From: Candidatus Fervidibacter sp.
Lineage (GTDB): Bacteria > Armatimonadota > Fervidibacteria > Fervidibacterales > Fervidibacteraceae
Reading direction: 5' to 3'
Assembly (NCBI GenBank): GCA_041446875.1
Contig: JBGOEW010000006.1
Location: 4,326-68,325, forward strand
DNA length: 64,000 nucleotides
Below are positions 10,011 through 19,608 of the stretch, piece after piece. Positions within the stretch are counted from its first letter, which is position 1, and each line of letters opens with the position of its first letter. The translations under genes were made by a program, and so were the position numbers. Under the pieces are notes generated by a model. It made no database searches and had not been told where the DNA came from. It saw nothing but the letters and a program-made list of their open reading frames with translations.

Positions 10011-10058
10011 TCCCCTTCCATTCCGCCGACTTACCGTCAACCTGCCCACTTGCCCGCT

Positions 10059-11267
10059 TCATAAGCGGCGGCGAGGGCGTTGGATGAGGCGGGGTTGTTC
10101 GGGTCGTTTGCCCAAAAGGTCACGGATGGCGTCCAAGATGTCGTCCTTGCTGCGGATGTCCGTTAGGCGCAAGTTGTCAAATTCGCTTTCAAACTCGTCG
10201 GCGAGGTCGTAAAGGAAGCGTCCCGTCCCCCAGTGGCTGTAAACTTGCCCGTAACCGAACAGGTTGACTTTCGGGAGCAATTTTTCCGCCAGCACTTCAA
10301 AGGCGTCCTCATCGTCTTCTTCCCAGTTGTCGCCGTCGCTGAAGTGGAAGGCGTAGATGTTCCATTCGGAAGGCGGATAGTGCTCCTCAATCAACTTGGC
10401 GCAGAGTTTGTATGCCGACGAAATCTTCGTCCCGCCACTTTCCCGCAGGCGATAAAACAGGTCTTCAGGGACTTCGCGGGCGGCAGCGTCGTGGACGATG
10501 TATCGGCGCTCTATGCCCTGATAGTGACGGCGAATCCACTGGTCAATCCAAAAAGCGGTGATGCGGACGATCTCTTTTTGCTCGTCGCCCATGCTCCCTG
10601 AGACATCCATCATGAAGAAGATGACGGCTTTGCTTTCAGGTTGGGGGACGAGTTCAAAACTACGGTAGCGACGGTCTTCGCGGATGGGGACGACTTTCGG
10701 GTCGTTGGGGTCGTAAGTGCCGCTCAGAATCTGCCGCTTTAACGCTTCCCGATAGGTGCGTTTGAAGTGACGCAGCGATTCAGGTCCGACACGGCGGATG
10801 CTTTTGTAGTGGGGTTTGGGCGATTGCAGTTGACCGAAACTTTTCGGTTGCAACCTCGGCAGTTCCAGCGCCTCACCCAACAGTTCCACCAACTCGTCCA
10901 GCGAGACTTCCACCTCTACGGGATGCAACCCTGGCAAAAAGCCCGCTCCCCGTCGCCCTTCGCCTTCCTCGCCTTCCAGCCAAAGGATGTCGCCCTCTTC
11001 GCCCTCGCCTTGCCCGACGCCTCCTGTGTCGCGCAGACGATAAGTGAAGTGGGGCAACTCCACCTGCGGGACGGGGATGGACACAATCGTCCGCCCCTGT
11101 CTCCCGATCAACTCCGTGTTGGTGATGAACTTGCGCAAGTTCTGACGGATTTTTCCCTTCACGATGTCGCGAAAGCGTGCCGCATCGCGTTCAATGCGTT
11201 CCACCATGTCGTAACTCCCACCCGCCCTTGCGGGCGCTTGCTGTCCATTGTCAGGTTGTTGGTTCAA
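10059..11267 (-). CDS. yhbH: DUF444 / YhbH (YeaH) family vWA-like protein
   Basis: RFRDIVKGKIR, GVGQGEGEEGD, MMDVSGSM, GGTKISSAY and HFSDGDNW motifs. TTG start preceded by GGAGG. Confidence 0.93.
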   Translation of the reverse strand: MNQQPDNGQQAPARAGGSYDMVERIERDAARFRDIVKGKIRQNLRKFITNTELIGRQGRTIVSIPVPQVELPHFTYRLRDTGGVGQGEGEEGDILWLEGEEGEGRRGAGFLPGLHPVEVEVSLDELVELLGEALELPRLQPKSFGQLQSPKPHYKSIRRVGPESLRHFKRTYREALKRQILSGTYDPNDPKVVPIREDRRYRSFELVPQPESKAVIFFMMDVSGSMGDEQKEIVRITAFWIDQWIRRHYQGIERRYIVHDAAAREVPEDLFYRLRESGGTKISSAYKLCAKLIEEHYPPSEWNIYAFHFSDGDNWEEDDEDAFEVLAEKLLPKVNLFGYGQVYSHWGTGRFLYDLADEFESEFDNLRLTDIRSKDDILDAIRDLLGKRPEQPRLIQRPRRRL

Positions 11268-11304
11268 TGTGCTCGCCTCCCAAAACGCAATTTGACGACC
11301 CTTT

Positions 11305-12075
11305 TCACGGTTGAACGCCTAAGGCTTTTCGGACGAACTCTCGCAACCTTTCCGCCTGCGGAATCCATTCCCGCCTCAACTCCTCCTCCGTCGGCGGATC
11401 AGCCAAACCAGGATAACGAGCCGCTACGAACTTCCCCACCCTCTGACACATCCCTTGATATTGCTGCAAGGAAGGTTCATGTTGAACGGCTTCCCTCAAT
11501 AAAGCCTCCAGATCGTGCGTCCGAACCAACTGCCATCCGTGATGAAGCAAAAACGCCTTCAACCACTTCTCCACCGCCTGCTGCAAATGAAAGGCAGCCA
11601 TGTAAACCATGCCGTTGTCCAAGGAGTAGAGGGTTAGACGCCAATCGTCTTCCGCCCAATCCAGCCACTCGTATGGGTAAAGGTTTTGGCTTTGTTGCAT
11701 GAGTTTGTCCACCTCCGCTATGACCTCTTCAAAGTGGCGACGGGAAAAGATGGGGATGCCTCTCTGCGTGATTTCTGCTACAAACCAGTTTCGCCTGAGC
11801 AACGCCTGCCGCCATTGAGACAGCGTGCATGCGTGCACTTCTAACCCGCCCCCAAAAACTTCATGCAAAATCGCCTTCGCTTTCTCCCGCCGCTCCTCAT
11901 CCGCTTCATCAGGAAAGACGACCAACACATCCACATCGCTGCCCTCGTGAGGTTCACCATAGGCAAACGAACCAAACAAAACGACAAACTCCACCTCGCA
12001 CTCCCCCAACATCGCTGACACCGCTTGATGCAACCGTTGGAGCACTTCGTCACGGGTCAAAGTTGCCGCTCGCAT
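11305..12075 (-). CDS. Fused minimal nucleotidyltransferase (MNT) + HEPN domain protein
   Basis: LFGSFAYGEPHEGSDVDVLV (MNT), then AFHLQQAVEKWLKAFL...RTHDL (HEPN). ATG 12075 is preceded by GGAGG. Confidence 0.88.
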   Translation of the reverse strand: MRAATLTRDEVLQRLHQAVSAMLGECEVEFVVLFGSFAYGEPHEGSDVDVLVVFPDEADEERREKAKAILHEVFGGGLEVHACTLSQWRQALLRRNWFVAEITQRGIPIFSRRHFEEVIAEVDKLMQQSQNLYPYEWLDWAEDDWRLTLYSLDNGMVYMAAFHLQQAVEKWLKAFLLHHGWQLVRTHDLEALLREAVQHEPSLQQYQGMCQRVGKFVAARYPGLADPPTEEELRREWIPQAERLREFVRKALGVQP

Positions 12076-12095
12076 GCGATGCGCCTCCAAAAGGA

Positions 12096-12123
12096 AAGCG
12101 GGCAGGCAGATGCCTGCCCGCTT
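12096..12123. terminator. Intrinsic terminator-like hairpin just downstream of prkA
   Basis: 12-bp perfect stem AAGCGGGCAGGC/GCCTGCCCGCTT with a 4-nt loop. T-rich tails on both strands (TTTCCTTTT on the minus strand). Confidence 0.7.
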
Positions 12124-12136
12124 GTTTTGTGTTCTT

Positions 12137-14239
12137 TCATCGGCGCGCTTCCTCGCGCTCTTTGATGTCGCCTCGGGCGAAGATGCTGGCGACATAAGTC
12201 AAAACATCGGTGGCGCAGACATCGCAGTAGCCGTAGTCGCGGATGAGCCGGGCTTTGATGACATCAATCTTCTCCTGCGTCTCCTTGTCAATGGCGCCAG
12301 TGACCAGAGCGCCCAGTCGGATGGAGTCTTTCTGGTCTTCAAAGAGTTTCAGTTCCAGCGCCCGCAGCAAGCGTTCGTTGCTCTTATAGTCAAACTGCTT
12401 CCCTTCCAAGGCGAGGCTGGCGATGTAGTTCATGATTTCACGGCGGAAGTCGTCTTTGCGAGATTCGGGGATGTCAATCTTCTCCTCAATGGAACGCATC
12501 AGGCGCTCGTCAGGTTCCTCAAGTTCGCCCGTGTAGCGATTGCGGACTTTCTCGCCCCGCACATACGCCTTGACATTCTCAATGTAGTTTTGACACAGGC
12601 GCTTGAGGGCTTCCTCGTCGGCGGTGATGGCTCGGCGGACTTCGTTCTTGATGATTTCCTCATATTCCTGCCGCACGATCGCCAGCAACTCGCGGTAGCG
12701 TTTGCGTTGCTCTTCGCTGCTGATGAGGGAGTAATGGTCTAAGCCTTCGTCCAATTCCTTCATGACCATAAAGGGGTTGACGCATTGGGGGTTCTCTTCG
12801 CTGACGAGGGCGTTAGAGATTTTGTCCATGATGTAGCGGGGGGAGATGCCGAACATGCCCTCGCGGAGGGCTTCCTCCCGAAGTTCCAAAACATGGTCTT
12901 CGGTAAATCCAGGCAAGGCTTTGCCGTCGTAGAGTTTGAGTTTCTGCATCAAGGTCAGGTGGAACTTTTTGGGTTCTTCCAAGCGCGTCAAAATCGCCCA
13001 CATGGCAGCGATTTCCAAGGTGTGGGGAGCGATGTGCTTGTTTTTGACCCGTCGGGGGTTGAAGAACTTCTCGTAAATCTTCACCTCGTCGCTGAGTTTG
13101 AGGACATAGGGGATGTCCACCTTGATGGTTCGGTCGCGCAGGGCTTCCATGTATTCGTTCTTTTGGAGTTTGCGGTATTCGGGTTCGTTGGTGTGGGCGA
13201 TGATGACCTCATCAATGTCGGTCTGGGCGAACTTTTTGGGCTTGATGACATGCTCTTGGGAAGCCCCCAGCAGGTCATAAAGGAAGGCGACTTCCAGTTT
13301 GAGCATCTCAATGAACTCAATGAGCCCTCGGTTGGCGATGCAGAACTCACCGTCAAAGCGGAACGCCCTTGGGTCACTGTCGGAGCCGTAGATGGCGATA
13401 AGGCGGTAATCAATGTCGCCTGTCAATTCGGTGCTGTCTTGGTTCTTTTCGTCTTTGGGCTGGAAAGTTCCGATGCCGATGCGGTCTTTTTCGCTGAAGA
13501 TGACTCGGCGGACGCGGATGTGTTTGTCCACGACCTGTTGCCAGTCGCCCTGATACTTTCTCAGGAACTCACGGAAGTAGAAGCGGCACAAGGGACAAAG
13601 GTCTCCTTCCACCCAAACTTGCTCCTCTTCTGTCTTGCCCTCGTTGAGCCGTTCCAGAAAACGCCCCCGCACTTCGGGTGGGATGAGTTTAAGGGGTTCT
13701 TCGTTAAGGGGGCAAGGGACGACAGTGCCATCTTCCAAGACCCAACTGAAGGAGTAAAGCGCACCTTCGGGAAGGCGGGTGTAATATTCCAACCCTTTCT
13801 TGAGCAAGCGAACGATGGTGCTCTTGGAACTGCCGACGGGACCGTGCAAAAGGATGATGCGCCGCTCCGTCCCGTAGCGGCGGGCGGCAGATTTGAAGAT
13901 GTTCACCAAGGTCATCAAGTAGCGGTCTAAGCCGAAGATAGCGTCTTCACCGTTGCCGATAGGGTCGTCAAAGAAGCGGTAGTGAACGAGTTTCTCTTTG
14001 TGCTGGGTGTATTCGGTGAAGCCAAAATGCACAATCATGTCGTAGAGGCGTTGGAAGGCGCTGCGGGCGACTTTGGGGTTGCGGGTGACGATTTCCAAGT
14101 AATCGGCGAAAGAACCTTCCCAGTGATACTCCCGATAACGCTGGGCGTCGTGCAGCGACGCCAACTCTGCTAAAATTTGCCGTCCCACCGCCCCATCATC
14201 CGATTGTGTGGCGTGCAGGCTCGTCCTTTGTTCCGTCAT
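12137..14239 (-). CDS. prkA: PrkA/YeaG family serine protein kinase (AAA+ type)
   Basis: [41 protein letters not shown] and AHTNEPEY motifs. The start is placed at ATG 14239. Confidence 0.95.
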   Translation of the reverse strand: MTEQRTSLHATQSDDGAVGRQILAELASLHDAQRYREYHWEGSFADYLEIVTRNPKVARSAFQRLYDMIVHFGFTEYTQHKEKLVHYRFFDDPIGNGEDAIFGLDRYLMTLVNIFKSAARRYGTERRIILLHGPVGSSKSTIVRLLKKGLEYYTRLPEGALYSFSWVLEDGTVVPCPLNEEPLKLIPPEVRGRFLERLNEGKTEEEQVWVEGDLCPLCRFYFREFLRKYQGDWQQVVDKHIRVRRVIFSEKDRIGIGTFQPKDEKNQDSTELTGDIDYRLIAIYGSDSDPRAFRFDGEFCIANRGLIEFIEMLKLEVAFLYDLLGASQEHVIKPKKFAQTDIDEVIIAHTNEPEYRKLQKNEYMEALRDRTIKVDIPYVLKLSDEVKIYEKFFNPRRVKNKHIAPHTLEIAAMWAILTRLEEPKKFHLTLMQKLKLYDGKALPGFTEDHVLELREEALREGMFGISPRYIMDKISNALVSEENPQCVNPFMVMKELDEGLDHYSLISSEEQRKRYRELLAIVRQEYEEIIKNEVRRAITADEEALKRLCQNYIENVKAYVRGEKVRNRYTGELEEPDERLMRSIEEKIDIPESRKDDFRREIMNYIASLALEGKQFDYKSNERLLRALELKLFEDQKDSIRLGALVTGAIDKETQEKIDVIKARLIRDYGYCDVCATDVLTYVASIFARGDIKEREEARR

Positions 14240-14386
14240 GGATGAACGCCCCCTTTGGCGTTGCGGGATATAAAAAGGCTCACCCATCAATTCGGATTGG
14301 GGCTTGCCCGATTGAAGGGAAAGGTTGCCGTCCTACCCACCGCCTTGCCGAATTCTTTTCAAAGGTGCGTGGCGATTTCGCCTGCT

Positions 14387-14415
14387 ATTTTAGATGCGAC
14401 AAAGGGCGATGTCAA
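14387..14415 (-). promoter_or_regulatory. Sigma70-type promoter for prkA
   Basis: Minus strand TTGACA (14415-14410), 17-bp spacer, TAAAAT (14392-14387). Confidence 0.7.
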
Positions 14416-14444
14416 TGAGTCTTGCCGAACTTTAGCGTCCTGTC

Positions 14445-15815
14445 CTAATGAGTGACCTTCGGCAAATAGGTGCGGTAGTCAAAGTTCGGGCTGTTTTCTC
14501 GGTCGTGACAGCGGACGCAAATTTGCTCCGTTATTGTCGTCGTTGTCGGGCGTTCACCAGGGCGCTGACCGTGCATCCGCGCCATCGTCGGGTCGGCTAA
14601 ATCGGTGTGGCAATCCACGCACTCTACGCCCCGATTTTTGATGACGGTGACGACGCCCCGCATCTTGAACTCCAACGAATGGCAGGTCAGGCATTGCTTG
14701 TCCATGCGGTTTTGTTCCTTGAGGGTCATGATGGCTTGGGCATGTCGGGTCGTCAGCCATTGCTCATACTGGGACTGATGGCATGAGCCGCAAAATTCGG
14801 GCGTCACATAGTCCCGCTTTTGGGCGACAGCCAACAACTGCTGCATCTCCCGCTGCAGTTTCTTTTGGCGCATCGTGTAATAGGCGTCCACGATTTCTTT
14901 GACCTTCGGGTCGGGCGATTGACCGTAGGAACTGAGAGCCACTGCTTCCAGTTTGGGGGCAGTTTGTTTCCCATTCGCCCACAGCATCACCGACAGGACT
15001 TGGGAGCGGAATTGGGGGAGCGACGCCAACAAAACCTTGCCGACTTGCCGACCCGCCGCCCGCGTCCCATCCGCTGTCAAGATGTTCTCATCCGTCACAT
15101 TGTCATCCGCCAACAACACATCCACCAACCCGTTTAACCGTTGGGCGAGGGATTCTGCCGTTTTGCGGTCGGTGTAAGCGAGGGCGACGAGCAAAGTGTG
15201 GGGATGGCGAAGGGAGCGCAAAGCGGTGGCGATGAGTTGCCATGCCCGTTCCTCGGTGACCGACGGCGGCTCGCCCAAGTTCACCAGCACCACCTTCCAT
15301 TCTCCCAACTGCAAAGGAAAAGCGTCGGGGTTGTCACCATTGCGTTGGGGCGGCAACAAAGGCAAGCCATTGGCGTGGGCACGAATTTGGGAAAGATGCT
15401 TGGCATCACGGGGACTAAGGGCGATGACTTGATAGCCCATCGCTTGATAAGCCCGCAGGAGATACGGCGTGGCGTCGGGCTCACCGAGGAAGTCACCACC
15501 TTCTATGAGGGCGACTTGCGTGCCCCGACGACGATGTTGATCAATGGTCGTTTTTAGCAAAGCGGCGACCCGCGTCAAATCCTCTGCCCGTTTCCCAGGG
15601 CAACCGCACACTTCCAATTTGCCCTGCCGATTGGCGGTCACAAGGAGCATCAAGGTGGCGGGCTCTTTGGGCAAAGTGACGGGCGGAGGGATGGGGCGTT
15701 GTTGGCGCAACTGATGAACGACGATGATGGCAAAAAGGGCGGTCAACAAGGCGAACCCTGACAGCCCCAACCGAAGAAGGCGTTCTTCGGCACGCTTTTG
15801 GGTCATGGCGATCAC
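14445..15815 (-). CDS. Membrane-anchored tetraheme cytochrome c (c554-like) fused to a degenerate UshA/5'-nucleotidase-like domain
   Basis: N-terminal TM, GKLEVCGC motif, EGGDF, and four CxxCH motifs (CGSCH, CLTCH, CVDCH, CVRCH). Confidence 0.8.
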   Translation of the reverse strand: MIAMTQKRAEERLLRLGLSGFALLTALFAIIVVHQLRQQRPIPPPVTLPKEPATLMLLVTANRQGKLEVCGCPGKRAEDLTRVAALLKTTIDQHRRRGTQVALIEGGDFLGEPDATPYLLRAYQAMGYQVIALSPRDAKHLSQIRAHANGLPLLPPQRNGDNPDAFPLQLGEWKVVLVNLGEPPSVTEERAWQLIATALRSLRHPHTLLVALAYTDRKTAESLAQRLNGLVDVLLADDNVTDENILTADGTRAAGRQVGKVLLASLPQFRSQVLSVMLWANGKQTAPKLEAVALSSYGQSPDPKVKEIVDAYYTMRQKKLQREMQQLLAVAQKRDYVTPEFCGSCHQSQYEQWLTTRHAQAIMTLKEQNRMDKQCLTCHSLEFKMRGVVTVIKNRGVECVDCHTDLADPTMARMHGQRPGERPTTTTITEQICVRCHDRENSPNFDYRTYLPKVTH

Positions 15816-15846
15816 CGACCCAAAAATTTAGCACATCCGTCTCGCA

Positions 15847-16485
15847 TCAATCGCCAGAGGAATGAACAGTCACTTGGGCTTCGGCGCGCAAGTTGCCGAC
15901 CCGCACTCGCACCTCCCCTTTGCCTGGTCGTGTCGCCGTGAACAAGCCATCGGCGGTGATGGCACCGATGCCACCATGCACCGACCAGACAGGACGAAGC
16001 GGAAGGGGTTGACTGTCCATGAGGGCTTGAAATTGTTGGCGCTCGCCGACCCGCAAGGTCACGGCATCAGGGATAACCCGCAGCATTTTCAAAGGCGGTG
16101 GCGACACATCAAGGGGCAAAAGCGGGATGACGACTTGCACCTCATCATCGTCCACTTCCACTTCTACCTCCGCCGATTGGAAAAGGGTTGCCAGAAAAGC
16201 AGGCGGTCGCACGCTGACTTGATAAGTCTTGCCCTTCGGCAGCGACAGGACGAACTTGCCATCGGTGTCGGTCTTTGCCGAAAAGGAAAGCCCATCGGCG
16301 ACGATTTGCACGACAGCGTCAGCGATGGGCAAGGTGGGGTCTCGTTCGCTGACGACCGTGCCTGCCAAGCGGGCGGTGGCGGTCGTCGTCGGATTGCCGA
16401 TGGGCACATTGCGCCCCGACAACCCATCGCAGCCGACTAAAATGGCTGCCAACCCTCCAAGGATGAGCCAGCGCCAAAATCTCAC
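15847..16485 (-). CDS. Lipoprotein with carboxypeptidase-regulatory-like and Ig-like (Big_2) domains
   Basis: Lipobox ILVGC, LAGTVV...PIADAVV...TDTDGKF, and WSVHGGIGAITADGLFTA...GEVRV. Confidence 0.75.
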   Translation of the reverse strand: MRFWRWLILGGLAAILVGCDGLSGRNVPIGNPTTTATARLAGTVVSERDPTLPIADAVVQIVADGLSFSAKTDTDGKFVLSLPKGKTYQVSVRPPAFLATLFQSAEVEVEVDDDEVQVVIPLLPLDVSPPPLKMLRVIPDAVTLRVGERQQFQALMDSQPLPLRPVWSVHGGIGAITADGLFTATRPGKGEVRVRVGNLRAEAQVTVHSSGD

Positions 16486-16575
16486 AACCCGTCACCTCAG
16501 GAAGTTTGGCTCGGCAATTTTGTGCCATGAACGAGGCGAACAGGTGGGCAAATCGTTTTGCCGACTTTTGTCCGC

Positions 16576-18402
16576 TCACCTTTTACCCCTTTCCATCGCC
16601 CATTGCTCTTGCAAGGGAAGCCAACCCAGTTGGGCGATGAAGGCATCGGCAGCCTCTTGCCCGTGCGTTTGAACGAGGCAACGGGCGAAGAGCAAACAAA
16701 TCTGCTGCCGCAAAGGGTCTTCCAGCCAAGTGTCTTCGTGCCCTTCTTCTCGCCATCTTGAGCGCCAACTTTCCAGCATCGTCATGGCTTTCTGCCACAC
16801 AGCGAGGGCAAGTTCGCTTTCGCCTTTCGCCCAATGCCGTTCCCCTTTCGCCGCAAGGCAACGCCACAAAAGTTCGGCATCGCCCGTCTCTTTGGCAAAG
16901 CGTTCCGCTTCGTCGCCCCATCGGCGGGCTTCCTCGTCCCGTGACAGGGCACAGGCGATTTGCCCTTGCAGCCACGCCGCTAAGCCTGCCAAATGGCGCA
17001 TCCCTTTCTCGTCGGCGAGGGTGAAGGCTCTTTGGGCATCTTGCTGGGCATCGGTCAAATGCCCTTGTTGCCATGCCATCCATGCCCGAAGGCAAAGGGC
17101 ATGGGCGAACTCCATCGCATGGCGCATCCCTTCTGCCAACTCCGCCGCCGCTTGCACATGATAGCGAGCATCGTCGGGTTGCTCTTGACGCAGATAAGTT
17201 TCGGCGAGAACTTTGTGCGCCCAAAGTTCCCCTTGACGGGAATGCAGGCGAAGAGTTATCACCAACGCATCCTTTCCTCGCTCCTTCGCCTGATCAAAAT
17301 CGCCGACGATGGCAGCGATGGTTGCCAAAACCGTTTCGGCGACGGCAACCCGTTCGGCTTCATCGGCGAATTCCGAAAGGGAACGAACCCGCTCCGCCAA
17401 CGCCCACGCTGTTGCCCAATCGCCTAAATGGCGAAGGCAAACGGCTTGCGTCAGCCAATTTTCCAATTGCTGGTCGCGGTCGCTGAGCCGCTCTGCCAAT
17501 TCCCCCGCCGCCTTCGCCAATTTCAACGCTTCCGCAAAATCGCCACATGCCAAATAGACATTTGCCCGATTGGCAGCGACGAAGAGACGAACGACTTGGG
17601 CTGCCCGCTCGTTGGGGGCTTGCTGGCTCAACCCTTCCGCCTCGTCCAAATGGCTCATCGCTTGCTGCAAATCGCCCTTCCATTCGGCGACGGCAGCAAG
17701 GGCAACCATCGCTTCCCAACGGTTGTGCCAATGCTCGCTCTGGGCGGCTTGAGTGAATTCCCTTTCGGCTTCCTCAAGACGCCCCATCAACAGCAACGCC
17801 CGCCCGATGCTCTGGCGGCAAGCGAAAGCGTAAGGGGCATCATTCAGGCGCTCAAAAAGGGCGCGGGCTTGCTGAAGGGCGGTCACCGCCCCGTCCAAAT
17901 CGCCCAGCAACAAGCGCAAGTTGCCCAAGCGGAAAAGGGTGAGGGCTTCCGCCCGCTCGTCGCCCAACTCCCGCGCCAACGGTAAAATTTGCTCGCAGGT
18001 GGACGCGGCGGCTTTCCAATTGGGCGGAGTTGATTGGGCGTCCGCCAACGCCAACAAAGTTTCCAACCGCTCCCGAAGCCGTCGCTCCCGCTCCTCGGCT
18101 TGCTGGCGTTCCCACCCTGTCCGCTCCCGCTCTAAGGCTGCCCGCTCCGCTTCCACTAAGGGGCGCTCCCGCAGGTCAGCGCCGTAAAAATACGCCAGCG
18201 GCTTGCCCGTTCGGCGGGCGATGAGGGTCAACTTGTCAGGCTGGGCAAGGGTCGTGCCCGCAATGTATTGGTAAAGCAGCGCCCGAGAGCAGCCGATGTC
18301 TTTGGCGACCTGCTCTACGGACAAACCTGCCTCCCTGATCGCCCGCAAAATCAACTCGCCTTGCCGTTTTCGCCCCTCTGGCGTCGTCAAGTCCAGTTCC
18401 AT
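16576..18402 (-). CDS. XRE-family HTH + tetratricopeptide-repeat transcriptional regulator
   Basis: AIREAGLSVEQVAKDIGCSRALLYQYIAG...LAYFYG (HTH_3), a coiled coil, then multiple TPR-like helical repeats. Confidence 0.82.
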   Translation of the reverse strand: MELDLTTPEGRKRQGELILRAIREAGLSVEQVAKDIGCSRALLYQYIAGTTLAQPDKLTLIARRTGKPLAYFYGADLRERPLVEAERAALERERTGWERQQAEERERRLRERLETLLALADAQSTPPNWKAAASTCEQILPLARELGDERAEALTLFRLGNLRLLLGDLDGAVTALQQARALFERLNDAPYAFACRQSIGRALLLMGRLEEAEREFTQAAQSEHWHNRWEAMVALAAVAEWKGDLQQAMSHLDEAEGLSQQAPNERAAQVVRLFVAANRANVYLACGDFAEALKLAKAAGELAERLSDRDQQLENWLTQAVCLRHLGDWATAWALAERVRSLSEFADEAERVAVAETVLATIAAIVGDFDQAKERGKDALVITLRLHSRQGELWAHKVLAETYLRQEQPDDARYHVQAAAELAEGMRHAMEFAHALCLRAWMAWQQGHLTDAQQDAQRAFTLADEKGMRHLAGLAAWLQGQIACALSRDEEARRWGDEAERFAKETGDAELLWRCLAAKGERHWAKGESELALAVWQKAMTMLESWRSRWREEGHEDTWLEDPLRQQICLLFARCLVQTHGQEAADAFIAQLGWLPLQEQWAMERGKR

Positions 18403-18437
18403 CGTCAGTCACCTTGCTCTCCCTTCGCCTGCCCCTC

Positions 18438-18466
18438 ATTATAACGCCCTTTTGCTTGCTTGACAA
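18438..18466 (-). promoter_or_regulatory. Sigma70-type promoter for the XRE-TPR gene
   Basis: Minus strand TTGTCA (18466-18461), 17 bp, TATAAT (18443-18438). Confidence 0.65.
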
Positions 18467-18503
18467 GTTGTGCCAGACTTGCGTCTAACTGAAACGGACG
18501 AGT

Positions 18504-18531
18504 TTGGAACTTTCCGCCAGTGTGGTATAAT
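18504..18531 (+). promoter_or_regulatory. Extended -10 promoter for the lipoprotein cluster
   Basis: TTGGAA, 16 bp, TGGTATAAT (TATAAT at 18526-18531). AGGAGG RBS at 18552-18557. Confidence 0.6.
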
Positions 18532-18565
18532 GGAACTGGACGAAAAAGCAAAGGAGGCGAGCGAA

Positions 18566-19591
18566 ATGGTCTGTCGGTTCAGGTCGCCGCGATGGCAAGT
18601 CGCCAGCCTCATGGGGCTGATGGCAGTGTTAGTGGGTTGTGGCGGAGGCGGCGGGGTCAGCGGTCCGTCAGGAACGCTGACGGGCACCGTCCAAACCCTG
18701 CCAGGGCGACAAGCCCTCACCCCCGTCGCTTCGGGCACCGTGCAGGTTTACTTGGACGGCAACCGAGTTGCCAGTGGGGTCATCGGGGGCGGGCAATATC
18801 GCGTCACCGTCCCCTTACCGCCCGATGTGTCGCAAGCGACCGTTGTGGTGACGGCTAACTTTGTCGCTGGAGGCATCACCCAAGCCCGCAAGCACAAAAC
18901 GGTTGCGGTCGTCCGTGTCAATGCGACGCAGCAAGCCGACATCAATCCGACGACGACCCTTGCGACAGCAGCATTGGAGCAAGCGCCTAACACTGTGCCC
19001 CCCGACTTGGACATCAACGCCTTTGGGCAAGCCCAGCAAAGCCTTCAGGGCGTAGACCCTGCGCAAGTGGATTTCTCATCGGATGACAAAATTCAACAAG
19101 CGCTCCCTGTGATGCTGGTCGTCACCAGCAACCCCAGCGGGGCACAAGTGCTGGTCAACGGGCAACCGCAACAGCAAGCCAGCACGCCTTTCTTCCTTCG
19201 GTCAGGTTTGCAGGGCGGTGACACTCTCACGGTGCAGGTGCGCCGTCAAGCCACCATCGGCAATGAAACCATCACGACAACCCTGAGCAAATCCGTCACC
19301 CTCAAAGTTCGTGGTAGCACGCCTGTCCACTTTGACTTCACACCCCAAATCGTCAACGCCCAAGTTGAGAACGGCGCGCTGAATTTGCAGGTCAAAAACG
19401 CAGGCAGTGCCGACGAAAAAGTCATCGTCCGCTTCGGTGATACGCAAGCGGTCGTCGCCACGATTGCCAGCGTGGATGCCGATGGCGCGGCGACAATCAG
19501 TGTGACGATTCCGCAAGGCGTTTCAGGGCAAGTGCAAGTGCGGGTGCAAAACGCCGCCCGCACCAGCGCAGCGCAAAATGTGAGCCTCTGA
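18566..19591 (+). CDS. Lipoprotein with a PEGA-like and Ig-like (IPT) beta-sandwich domains
   Basis: AGGAGG RBS before ATG 18566, lipobox VLVGC, VTSNPSGAQVLVNG (PEGA) and VRFGDTQA...SVTIPQG (IPT-like). Confidence 0.72.
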   Translation: MVCRFRSPRWQVASLMGLMAVLVGCGGGGGVSGPSGTLTGTVQTLPGRQALTPVASGTVQVYLDGNRVASGVIGGGQYRVTVPLPPDVSQATVVVTANFVAGGITQARKHKTVAVVRVNATQQADINPTTTLATAALEQAPNTVPPDLDINAFGQAQQSLQGVDPAQVDFSSDDKIQQALPVMLVVTSNPSGAQVLVNGQPQQQASTPFFLRSGLQGGDTLTVQVRRQATIGNETITTTLSKSVTLKVRGSTPVHFDFTPQIVNAQVENGALNLQVKNAGSADEKVIVRFGDTQAVVATIASVDADGAATISVTIPQGVSGQVQVRVQNAARTSAAQNVSL

Positions 19592-19608
19592 TAAGGGAGG
19601 GATGAACG

